Assembly: GCA_965224415.1 (NCBI GenBank)
Contig: CBDCZB010000002.1
Coordinates: forward strand, 266,450 to 330,449
Reading direction: 5' to 3'
Source of the DNA: Dehalococcoidia bacterium
Lineage (GTDB): Bacteria; Chloroflexota; Dehalococcoidia; Lucifugimonadales; JAGWBF01
DNA length: 64,000 nt
Below, piece by piece: positions 29,285-37,662 of this stretch. The translations under genes were made by a program, and so were the position numbers. Position 1 is the stretch's first letter. Each line of letters begins with the position of its first letter. Under the pieces are notes generated by a model. It was not told where the DNA came from. It saw only the letters and a program-made list of their open reading frames with translations, and did not search any database.

Positions 29285-29620
29285 TTACCCCAGAGGGATG
29301 GCCAGCGTCACCCGGTCTTCTTCCCCTACACCTTTGAAGATATGGCCGTGGCCGGTTACGTCCTCGGCCACTATCACGTCGCCCCGGTTTACTTGCCTGG
29401 TGCTGCCGTCGGCCACTTCGAGTTCAACCTCGCCTGACAGCAGCGTCACATACTGGCGGCGGGGAGCGGTGTGGTAGTCAACAACCACCTTGGCGGGCCC
29501 CTGACGCAGAGTGATAGCTCCCTCGCCGGGTTTCTCGACCAACTTTTCCAACTGTTCGATTGTCAGGTCTTCAAAATGGGACTCACCATCGTCGCCAGAG
29601 TAAATTCGTATTACGTTCAA
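29285..29620 (-). CDS. small cupin-like protein, copy 1
   Basis: Paralog of 37206-37541 (IRIYSGDDGESHFEDLTI...GDVIVAEDVTGHGHIF). The TTG at 29620 with GGAGG 5 nt upstream gives the same 111-aa length as the paralog. The maximal ORF extends to 29671. Confidence 0.6.
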   Translation of the reverse strand: MNVIRIYSGDDGESHFEDLTIEQLEKLVEKPGEGAITLRQGPAKVVVDYHTAPRRQYVTLLSGEVELEVADGSTRQVNRGDVIVAEDVTGHGHIFKGVGEEDRVTLAIPLG

Positions 29621-29783
29621 CGGAGCCTCCAATCCAAGGTGGTGATTTCCAGAAACACCCTCGATAGGCAAACTTCTACGGCAAAGACTGTCTGTTCGAG
29701 GTCGGACAATCCCGCGGAAGGCGGCAGTATGTCCGCCTTCCGGGACGAATGGCTGTCTTGGCGCGCGCTGAGCGCGTTTCCTG

Positions 29784-30233
29784 CTAAAGCCCGGTGTTGG
29801 CTGCTGCGGCCCTGGCTGCGGCGCCCTCGTCCATTATTTGCTGGATGTGCGCGGGGACCTTGCCCACTATCTCTATCCCCGGCTCGCCGCCGGGCAGCTG
29901 GGCGCCCACTCGCAGGATTTCCAACGGCTCATCGCCCAGGCTCTCAAAGGAGTACACCAGCCCCCGTGGGATCAGCGCTCCTTCGTACTGGCCCAGGTCC
30001 GCGATGATGACGCCGCCTTCGCCGAAGAACCGGCACCGGCCACTCATCACCATGAAGAAGCCGTCGTCGCTCTTGTGTCGGTGGAGCATGTTCTCTCCGC
30101 CCTCGGTGATCAACTGAGCCGTGGCCCTTAGGAGGTCGGTCCGGGCAAGGTTGATTATCTTCTTGGGCTTACCGGGAGTAAGTTCAGGCTTTTCGTACTT
30201 GAATATGATGGCTTCCTGGTTGTTTTCGCTCAT
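29784..30233 (-). CDS. cupin-domain protein
   Basis: Cupin motif GGENMLHRHKSDDGFFMVMSG..ALIPRG. ATG at 30233 (MSENNQ) with GGAAGGGG upstream. The maximal ORF extends to 30275. Confidence 0.65.
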   Translation of the reverse strand: MSENNQEAIIFKYEKPELTPGKPKKIINLARTDLLRATAQLITEGGENMLHRHKSDDGFFMVMSGRCRFFGEGGVIIADLGQYEGALIPRGLVYSFESLGDEPLEILRVGAQLPGGEPGIEIVGKVPAHIQQIMDEGAAARAAAANTGL

Positions 30234-30263
30234 TGCACGACCCCTTCCATTTTGGAATAAACC

Positions 30264-30308
30264 AAGGAGTCCCAACAGATTCGGGGGACCCTTCTGTTGG
30301 GACTCCTT
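30264..30308 (-). terminator. strong hairpin downstream of the binding-protein gene
   Basis: Perfect 15-bp stem AAGGAGTCCCAACAG / CTGTTGGGACTCCTT with a 15-nt loop. Lies 43 nt after the stop of the 30351-32276 gene on the minus strand. Confidence 0.5.
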
Positions 30309-30350
30309 TATTATGGGCGTTGATCTGTTCCGGTGGTCCGATTCCCTACG

Positions 30351-32276
30351 TTATGGCCTGTCACCTATCACCGTGTAGTTGTCCTCAAACCACGTGTGCT
30401 CGTGCCAGACGGAAGCGTTGGACGCCGTGGACGGATGGTAATTCTTTATCTTGTGGTTGTTGATGCCCACACCATTGCTCCAAGCCAGTCCTATTTGGGG
30501 CACCTGTTCCTCCAGGTAAGCGCCCAACTCCAAAGTCAAGGCCTTGCGCTTTTCCACGTCGCCTTCTTTGGATATTTGGTCCGACAGGTCTATGACCTTC
30601 TCGTCCCTCCAACCGCCACCCCAGCTGTTCCTCTCTCCCCCGGGCAGGTAGAGGCTGGCGTTTATGAAGTCGGGGTCAACCAGCAGGAAGCTGGTGCCGA
30701 ATGAAATCATGTCGAAGTTGCCAGTCGCCCAGTCGTTCACTTGGGCCGCTGCGTACGTAGGCGACTTGATTCTGACGTCGATGTTCAGGTATCTCTTCAT
30801 CTGGTCGGCCACCACCTGACCTATGGTGACGAAAGTCGGGATGGTGGCGGCGTCCAGGGTAGTCTCGAAGCCGTTGGGGTATCCTGCCTCGGCCAGCAGC
30901 GCTTTGGCCGCGTCTATGTCCTCCTGGAGCTTCTCCCCATTGGCGTCGACCCTGTATCCAGGCACCTGGAGCTGCTCCTCACTGGAGTGATAGAAATGGG
31001 TGTCAGGAAGGAAGGGAGCGCCAATGGTCCCGCCGCCTACGATGGCAATATACTCTTGGCGGTTCATCGCCAGGCTGACCGCCTTCCTCACACGGGGGTC
31101 GCTCCAAGGCTCCTTGTTGGTGTTGAATATCACGAACCTGTTGCCGCCGGTCGGGTATGTGAAACTGGACATCCTGTCCCCGAGGTCTTCGGCCAACTTG
31201 GTGTATTGAGTCGGCGTTAGGCCGCAAACCGAGCTGGAGCAGGCGAGGAATTGCTCAGTCTTAAAAGCGGCGATGATGGTGTTCCGGTCTCTCATGAGGT
31301 GCCATATCATGCCGTCGAAGTAGGGGCGCGGCGCCTTGAAGTAGTTGTCATTCCTCTCGAATCTGAGGGACACATCCTTCAGGTACTCGGTGGCTATGAA
31401 GGGGCCAGAGCCGACCTGGTTCTCCCGTAGCTTCAAGTCGTGGTCTTTTTCCACGTTGTGCTTGGGGAGCATCTTCATTTGCTGGTTGGCCAGCAACGGG
31501 ATGAAGTTGGCGCTGGGCAAGGGAATCTTCACTTCGACGGTCTTGTCGTCAATGACCCTGGAGCCGCCAGCTTTGTAGACGAACCTGAGCTGGCCCGTCT
31601 TCGGGAAGGGGTTGTCGGGGTTGACCATCATGTCCAAGCTGAATCTCACGTCTTCGGCGGTCACGGGCATACCGTCCCACCACTGGGCGTCGTGCAGCTT
31701 GAAGGTGTAGGTCACGCCGTCGTCTGCCACCGTCCAACTCTGGGCTAGGTCTCCCCTGACATCTGCGAATTGGTAAGTTTCCATGTTCAACTCAATCAGG
31801 CCGTTGAACATGGGGGAGCTTTGGGACATACAGGATGACGTGGACGGGCACTCCCAGATGTAAAAACGGGTCGGAGTGTTGGGCATATGCATGGGAATCA
31901 CGCCGCCGCGCTTGCCCTCACGGACGAACTGCCCCTGAGGCGTCATGACGAACTGAGGCGTCGCCGTGGGCGGAGGAGTAGGAGTGGGTGTAAACGTAGG
32001 TCCTGGCGCGCGCCGGGTCGGAGCAGCCGTAGGCTGAGGCGCCGCTGAAGTGGCTGTGGGCCGAGGAGTCGCAGTAGCCGGCTCGTCCGGCCTGGCGGTC
32101 GGCTCCGGCTCGTCCGGTGCAGGGGTATTCGTGGGCGGAACCGCCGTCGGCGCCGCCGTGGTCGAGGTCGGCACAGGAGTGTCTTCTTCGCCACCTCCGC
32201 AAGCCACTGATGCTAACATGACCAGAAGCAAAGGAATGGCTATGATCAAGCTAGGCCAAAACCACCGTTTTCTCAT
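30351..32276 (-). CDS. ABC transporter substrate-binding lipoprotein, peptide/nickel (family 5) type, SBP-1
   Basis: MRKRWFWPSLIIAIPLLLVMLASVAC lipobox, a long P/T linker, then family-5 blocks (DLAQSWTVADDGVTYTFKLHDAQWWDGMPVTAEDV). GGGGGA RBS before ATG 32276. The maximal ORF extends to 32387. Confidence 0.85.
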   Translation of the reverse strand: MRKRWFWPSLIIAIPLLLVMLASVACGGGEEDTPVPTSTTAAPTAVPPTNTPAPDEPEPTARPDEPATATPRPTATSAAPQPTAAPTRRAPGPTFTPTPTPPPTATPQFVMTPQGQFVREGKRGGVIPMHMPNTPTRFYIWECPSTSSCMSQSSPMFNGLIELNMETYQFADVRGDLAQSWTVADDGVTYTFKLHDAQWWDGMPVTAEDVRFSLDMMVNPDNPFPKTGQLRFVYKAGGSRVIDDKTVEVKIPLPSANFIPLLANQQMKMLPKHNVEKDHDLKLRENQVGSGPFIATEYLKDVSLRFERNDNYFKAPRPYFDGMIWHLMRDRNTIIAAFKTEQFLACSSSVCGLTPTQYTKLAEDLGDRMSSFTYPTGGNRFVIFNTNKEPWSDPRVRKAVSLAMNRQEYIAIVGGGTIGAPFLPDTHFYHSSEEQLQVPGYRVDANGEKLQEDIDAAKALLAEAGYPNGFETTLDAATIPTFVTIGQVVADQMKRYLNIDVRIKSPTYAAAQVNDWATGNFDMISFGTSFLLVDPDFINASLYLPGGERNSWGGGWRDEKVIDLSDQISKEGDVEKRKALTLELGAYLEEQVPQIGLAWSNGVGINNHKIKNYHPSTASNASVWHEHTWFEDNYTVIGDRP

Positions 32277-32592
32277 GGTGTCCCCCATTTGTGATTTTTG
32301 TGGGTTCCACACCGGCGCACGACGCCAGTTGGAGTCGGTTACGCAGTCTAACAGCATGGCTCCAAGTATGTCAAGGATTCCAAGCATCGTTGTCTAAAGC
32401 GCTCACCAATCGGTATTATGTCAACCTTAAGCGCCAGATAAGATATAGACTAGAATATTGAAACGTAAATAATATATGAAAACGTTATGGAAACGCTGTA
32501 AGGGAATCTATTGTTTACTGCCGCTGCGTAGACGGCTGTGGGACCTTGTGCGGGTTATGGGCTTAACCATCTATTGTTTGCGAAGGTCGGGA

Positions 32593-33021
32593 TTATAAGG
32601 AACATCTCTTGACGGCGTCGACTATGGCCTGGATGTCCCAATCGACCATCTCCTTAGCGGCTTCGGCCAGCTGCTCCCATTGAGGACGCCGAGTCTCAAC
32701 CTCCGGCTTGATGCCCACTATCGGTTTCTCCAGGTGTCCCGCTATCTCGAGCTCGTGTTGAATCCACTTGCGAGTCGACGGCCTAATAATCGAAAAGACG
32801 ACGACGCAGCCGGCTCCTGACATCTGCTCTTGAAGCATATCTCTCAGAGTGTAGAACCCAACGTCGCTGACGGGGTCCAGCGCCGGGTCGAACCGGACAT
32901 CGCTGTGGTTCCTCCACTCGAAGCCTGGGTGAGCGTCGAGTTGGGAGACCAGGCGGTTGTACTCCTCGTCATACGCCCATCCGTGGCTGATGAAAAGGTC
33001 ATAGATTTTCTCTGGCGCCAT
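32593..33021 (-). CDS. TIR-like domain protein (DUF1863/ThsB-like), stand-alone
   Basis: 142 aa. YDLFISHGWAYDEEYNRL at the N-terminus, CVVVFSIIRPSTRKWIQHELEIAGHLEKPIVGIKP in the core; this is the TIR-like strand-helix pattern including the conserved W..E. Confidence 0.55.
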   Translation of the reverse strand: MAPEKIYDLFISHGWAYDEEYNRLVSQLDAHPGFEWRNHSDVRFDPALDPVSDVGFYTLRDMLQEQMSGAGCVVVFSIIRPSTRKWIQHELEIAGHLEKPIVGIKPEVETRRPQWEQLAEAAKEMVDWDIQAIVDAVKRCSL

Positions 33022-33090
33022 TCAGAATATCCTGTCTGTGAAAATGGTCCCTGCACTTACGAGCTGTCGATTCAAGGGCTTTCCTACGTC

Positions 33091-34002
33091 TTAACGCGAT
33101 CCGCGAAGGCGGGGGTCCAACTCGTCCCGCAACGCGTCTCCCATCAAATTCCAGGCGAACACGACGATGGCCAGGGCCAGGCCAGGGAACACTCCCAGCC
33201 AGGGCGCCAGGTCGATGCCCGACGACGCCGCCTGGTTCAACATGCCGCCCCAAGTTGGTATGTTGGGAGGAACTCCAAGGCCGAGGAAGCTGAGAGAAGC
33301 CTCCGCGATTATAGCGAAGCCCAGAGAGAAGGTGGCGAAGACGATATAGATAGCCAGGCAGTTGGGCGCCATGTGCCGCAGGATTATCCGCCAATGGCTG
33401 GCTCCCACGGCCCGCGCCGCCAACACGTAGTCCGTCTCCTTTACGCTCAGCGCTTGGGAGCGAATCGTCCGGGCCGAACGAGGTATCAGCCCAAAGCTCA
33501 AAGCAGCGATAACGTTGTTTATAGACGGTTCCAGGACTGTGATGATAGCCAGCACCAGGACGAGCCCGGGAAAAGCAAGTATCGCATCCATGATTCTTTG
33601 GACGAAAAGGTCGGCCGCTCCTCCGAAGTAGGCGCTGGCCATGCCGATGATGAAGCCGATGGTGACTCCTATGGCCACTGCGGAGAACCCGACCCGCAGG
33701 GAAATCCGGGACCCGTGGACCAGCCTGGTGTATACGTCCCGGCCCAACTCGTCGGTGCCCAGCCACGCTTCCTTGCTCGGGGGTTCGAGCGTCATGGCGC
33801 TGGTGCCGGACGGTATCTTGGTTGTGATGACGTCTGCCAGGATGGCCAATAGCACGAGAAGGATGGCCAATAAGACCCCAAGGGCCCCCAAGGGCCTGCT
33901 GCGGGCAACGTTCCACAAGTTCCGCAGAAATCCGTGCCTCGGGCGCATGTCCAAGCTGACTGCCTGATCGTCCGCAGCGGTTGTAGGTCGGCCAAGTCTC
34001 AT
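33091..34002 (-). CDS. ABC transporter permease, DppC/OppC-like
   Basis: 303 aa, multi-TM. GTDELGRDVYTRLVHGSRISL and the EAA-type loop SVKETDYVLAARAVGAS. Confidence 0.9.
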   Translation of the reverse strand: MRLGRPTTAADDQAVSLDMRPRHGFLRNLWNVARSRPLGALGVLLAILLVLLAILADVITTKIPSGTSAMTLEPPSKEAWLGTDELGRDVYTRLVHGSRISLRVGFSAVAIGVTIGFIIGMASAYFGGAADLFVQRIMDAILAFPGLVLVLAIITVLEPSINNVIAALSFGLIPRSARTIRSQALSVKETDYVLAARAVGASHWRIILRHMAPNCLAIYIVFATFSLGFAIIAEASLSFLGLGVPPNIPTWGGMLNQAASSGIDLAPWLGVFPGLALAIVVFAWNLMGDALRDELDPRLRGSR

Positions 34003-34030
34003 TTTCTATCCTGATCCATTGACCGACGCC

Positions 34031-34990
34031 CTAGGCGTACCGTATTCGTGGGTCCAACCAACCGTAGAGCAGGTCGACCATGAGATTGATCGTCACGACG
34101 AAGAATGTTATGACCATGACCGTAGACTGGACCGTCGTATAGTCCCTGTGGAAGATGGCGTCTATCATGAGGCTCCCCATGCCAGGCACCGCGAAGATTC
34201 TCTCTATTATTATCGTCCCCGCTATCAACTGCTGGAACTCCAGTCCGGATATGGTAACCACCGGCAACAGAGCGTTCTTCAGGGCATGCCTCCCAATCAC
34301 CACGAAGTCGCTGAGCCCTTTGGACCTGGCCGTACGTACGTAGTCTTCCCGTAAGACCTCCAACATGGAAGACCGCGTGACCCTGGCCACGATGGACATG
34401 TTGTTGAACCCCAAGGCAATTGCCGGCAGATAGAGTTGCTCCAAGTTCTTGACTGGATTGTCCCAGAGATGGACGTATCCGAAGATGGGCAGGTAGTCGA
34501 ACCACTTGACAAGGAAGTAAATCACCAGGATACCCACCCAGAAGGTGGGCATGGCAACCCCTCCGATGGAAATCACCCTTGCGACGTAGTCTATGGCGGT
34601 GTCCTGCCTAACGGCGGATACGATTCCCAGGGGTATGGCCACCGCCGCAGCCATGAGCACCGCCAGGATGGCCAACTCGATGGTGATGGGGATTTTCTGC
34701 TTCAGGTCGTCCCCGATTGGAGTCCGGTAAAAGACCGACGTTCCGAAGTCCAGACGGACCATGTCCCATATCCACGTTCCATACTGGACGATCAGGCTTC
34801 TGTCCGTACCGAGCTCCGCCCTAAGCTCGGCCAGTTGTTCTTGGGTGAAACTCCCTTCGCCCTCGTCACCGACCAGGTAGGCAAGCGCAGGGTCTCCCGG
34901 GATCAATCGCATGAGCAAGAAGACCATCACGGTGACCAGGAACATCGTGGGGACGAAGAGAAGTATTCTTTTCAGGATGTAAGTTTGCAA
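34031..34990 (-). CDS. ABC transporter permease, DppB/OppB-like
   Basis: 319 aa. MQTYILKRILLFVPT..LIPGDPA, EDYVRTARSKGL, C-terminal DPRIRYA. Confidence 0.9.
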   Translation of the reverse strand: MQTYILKRILLFVPTMFLVTVMVFLLMRLIPGDPALAYLVGDEGEGSFTQEQLAELRAELGTDRSLIVQYGTWIWDMVRLDFGTSVFYRTPIGDDLKQKIPITIELAILAVLMAAAVAIPLGIVSAVRQDTAIDYVARVISIGGVAMPTFWVGILVIYFLVKWFDYLPIFGYVHLWDNPVKNLEQLYLPAIALGFNNMSIVARVTRSSMLEVLREDYVRTARSKGLSDFVVIGRHALKNALLPVVTISGLEFQQLIAGTIIIERIFAVPGMGSLMIDAIFHRDYTTVQSTVMVITFFVVTINLMVDLLYGWLDPRIRYA

Positions 34991-35123
34991 CTCGTCTTAA
35001 TCCCCATCGACAGGTGGTGAAACGGCGCCGCAGTAATTGGGCGCGGGAAGCCGGGCCCTGGCGGCATGGGAAGAAGAGCAGGCCAACCAGGTCACAACCG
35101 TGTCCGCCTGCTGTCCATGCATA

Positions 35124-37016
35124 TCAAGGTCTATCACCGATAACAGTGTAATTGTCCTCAAACCACACATGCTCGAACTTGAGGTATGCCCCGGAGTTTC
35201 CGACGGGATGGAAGTTTTTGATTTTATTGTTCACCCAGTCGGCTCCTGTGCGATAGTTCATTATAGCCCATCCGCTTCTGCCGTCCTCTAGGAGTTTTCC
35301 TGCTTCCAGGGTCAGAGTCCTACGCTTATCGATATCCAACTCGGCCGAGATTTGCTGCGACAACTCGACTACTCTCGGGTCGCTCCAATCACTGTAGTTC
35401 CTTTCCCCTCCAACGAGGTAAAGGCTCTGGAGATAGGCGTCTGGATCAATTGAAAGGATTCCAGTGCCGAAGGCTGACAGGTCCCAGTCGCCGGACTCCA
35501 GCCTGCTCCGCGATGTTGCGGTGTCCACCTGCTTAACGGGGGCGTCGATGTTCAAGTATCTCTTAAGCTGGTCTGAAAACACCTGGCCCATTTCTATGAA
35601 GTTTGAAATGGTCTCACCGAGAATCTCGCTCTTGAAGCCGTCGGGGTAACCTGCCTCGGCCAGTAATCTTCGGGCTTCGGCCAGGTCCTCGGGATGCTTC
35701 TCGCCGTTAAGCTCCCTGTAGCCCGGAATGTTGCTCTGTTCCTCTTGAGAGAGGTAGAACCAGCTGCCGGTGAGGAAGGGCGCTCCGATAAGAGGCTCGT
35801 CCAGGATCTTGTTGAACTCCTGGCGGTAGAGGGCCAGGTTAATCGCTTTGCGCACGTTCTCATCATCAAAGGGCGACTTTTTAGTGTTGAACATCAGGCC
35901 GCTGGGCGATCCCCCGGTGTTCTCAAAGTAGGACATTTTCTCGCCCAGGCGCTCAGCCAACTGTCTTGCCTGGGCCTTCTGGAGGTTGCATATGCCGCTG
36001 CACAGAAGAAGCTTCTCTGTCTCGAAGCCCGCCACTATGGTCCCTCTATCCCGAATAATGAACCAGTCCATGCCGTCGAAATAGGGACGCCCGTCTTTGA
36101 AGTAGTCGTCGTTCCTCTCGTAATGCAGGGACACATCCTTGATGGATTTCGTGAGTTTAAAGGGCCCGGAGGTGACTTGATTGTCTTCCGTTAACTCTAT
36201 GCCCGTCTCCAGATGGTGTTTGGGGTATACCTTCTCATAGTCCAGGCCCAGGAAGGGTAAAAATCCCGCGGCCGGTGTCCTGGTCGTGACCTGAACGGTA
36301 TGCTCATCTACGGCTAGGGCGTTCCCGCTCTCGTAGTAGGTTCGGAGTTGGCCGGCCCTTGGCCTACGAGCGTCGGGGTCAACGATGCTGTCCAAACTGA
36401 AGACTACGTCGGCGGCGGTCACGGGCATGCCATCCGACCAGTTTGCCGCGAACAGGTGGAAGGTCCAAGTCAGGCCGTCATCGGAGACTTCCCAGCTGCT
36501 GGCCAGGTCTCCCCTGATGTCGAACTCGTCGAAGGTCTCGGGATTCAGCTCCACGATCCCGTTGTACAGGACCGAGTTGTTCGACAGGCACCCGCTGGTG
36601 GACCCACATTCCCATATATGGAACCCCGTCGGAGTGCGGGGGGCATGCATGGGCACAACCATTCCCTGCTTGCCTTGCCGTTCATATAGTGACGATGGCG
36701 CCGCCGGCAAAGGAACGGCCGTGGGCGGCGGCGGCGTGGCCGTGGGCGGCGGCGTGGCAGTGGCTGCCGGTGACATGGCCGTGGGCGCCGGTGACGTGGC
36801 CGTGGCTGCCGGTGACATGGCGGTGGCTGCCGGTGACGTGGCCGTGGGCGCCGGTGACGTGGCCGTGGGCTGTACTGTTGATGTTGGGGGAACTGGCGTA
36901 GCCTCCGGTGTTGACGTAGATGCGGCGTCCCCGCCGCATCCTGAGCCTAACGCCAAGAGAGCCGCCAACGGAGCGGCAACCAGAATAGTGGGTTTGAACA
37001 ACCATCGCAGGTGCAT
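35124..37016 (-). CDS. ABC transporter substrate-binding lipoprotein, family 5 type, SBP-2
   Basis: Lipobox LLALGSGC, a repetitive P/T/A/S linker, then family-5 blocks. C-terminus FEDNYTVIGDRP is shared with SBP-1. Confidence 0.85.
   Translation of the reverse strand: MHLRWLFKPTILVAAPLAALLALGSGCGGDAASTSTPEATPVPPTSTVQPTATSPAPTATSPAATAMSPAATATSPAPTAMSPAATATPPPTATPPPPTAVPLPAAPSSLYERQGKQGMVVPMHAPRTPTGFHIWECGSTSGCLSNNSVLYNGIVELNPETFDEFDIRGDLASSWEVSDDGLTWTFHLFAANWSDGMPVTAADVVFSLDSIVDPDARRPRAGQLRTYYESGNALAVDEHTVQVTTRTPAAGFLPFLGLDYEKVYPKHHLETGIELTEDNQVTSGPFKLTKSIKDVSLHYERNDDYFKDGRPYFDGMDWFIIRDRGTIVAGFETEKLLLCSGICNLQKAQARQLAERLGEKMSYFENTGGSPSGLMFNTKKSPFDDENVRKAINLALYRQEFNKILDEPLIGAPFLTGSWFYLSQEEQSNIPGYRELNGEKHPEDLAEARRLLAEAGYPDGFKSEILGETISNFIEMGQVFSDQLKRYLNIDAPVKQVDTATSRSRLESGDWDLSAFGTGILSIDPDAYLQSLYLVGGERNYSDWSDPRVVELSQQISAELDIDKRRTLTLEAGKLLEDGRSGWAIMNYRTGADWVNNKIKNFHPVGNSGAYLKFEHVWFEDNYTVIGDRP
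36755..36873 (-). repeat. 21-bp tandem repeat (about 5.5 copies) inside the SBP-2 linker
   Basis: GGTGAC(A/G)TGGC(C/G)GTGG(G/C)(C/T)GCC units at 36769, 36790, 36811, 36832 and 36853. They encode heptads TSPAPTA/TSPAATA/MSPAATA. Confidence 0.85.
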
Positions 37017-37205
37017 GATTCTCCTCTCAGAGCCGCAAGCTTATGGATACACGATCCAACATCGGACCTGGACAGCGTCGCATGATCATCATCTATGAAG
37101 AACCATCAAGCGATCTTATTGGCAAACGATCTTATGGCGCCTGGACCTCCTAAAGCCCCACGGAAGAGGCTGGCGTGGGAACGTCATAATGCGGCGGATG
37201 GCAAA

Positions 37206-37541
37206 TTATCCTATTGGTATGGACAGTGTCACTCGGGGCTCTTCTCCCACAGCGCGGAAGATATGGCCGTGTCCGGTCTCATCCTCGGCCACTATGACGT
37301 CGCCTCGGACTATGCGCCTGACACTCCCGTCGGCGTTTTCAACCTCCACCTCTCCGGACAACAACATCACATACTGGCGACGCGGACAGGGGTGGTAGTC
37401 GCTGACCGCTTTTGCCGGACCCTGACCCAAGTTAATCGTGCCTTCTCCTGGACGGGAAACTATTTCCGCCAACCGGTCTATGGTCAGGTCTTCAAAGTGG
37501 GACTCACCGTCATCGCCGGAATAGATTCGGACTATCTGCAC
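37206..37541 (-). CDS. small cupin-like protein, copy 2
   Basis: 111 aa, MQIVRIYSGDDGESHFEDLTIDRL...GDVIVAEDETGHGHIF. About 70% identical by eye to 29285-29620. Confidence 0.6.
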   Translation of the reverse strand: MQIVRIYSGDDGESHFEDLTIDRLAEIVSRPGEGTINLGQGPAKAVSDYHPCPRRQYVMLLSGEVEVENADGSVRRIVRGDVIVAEDETGHGHIFRAVGEEPRVTLSIPIG

Positions 37542-37662
37542 GGTTGCCTCCCTTTAAGATTGATGCCTTTGACGCCGATGTCCAGCAGCGGAATTTCACC
37601 AGTCCAACTGCGGCCCCATTTCCTGAATGACCTTGCATCGGATGGGCCTCAGGCCGACCGGA

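Noticed and set aside
31918-32202. Repetitive GC-rich DNA in the SBP-1 linker (and 36682-37005 in SBP-2), considered as a possible CRISPR or other non-coding repeat array
   Set aside because: The repeats are in frame within lipoprotein genes and encode P/T/A linkers. There is no repeat-spacer architecture and there are no cas genes.
32830-33916. 340-aa plus-strand ORF and 305-aa alternative minus-strand ORF overlapping the permease
   Set aside because: Only the 33091-34002 minus frame gives a multi-TM DppC-like protein with the EAA loop. The others are Arg/Gly-rich shadows.
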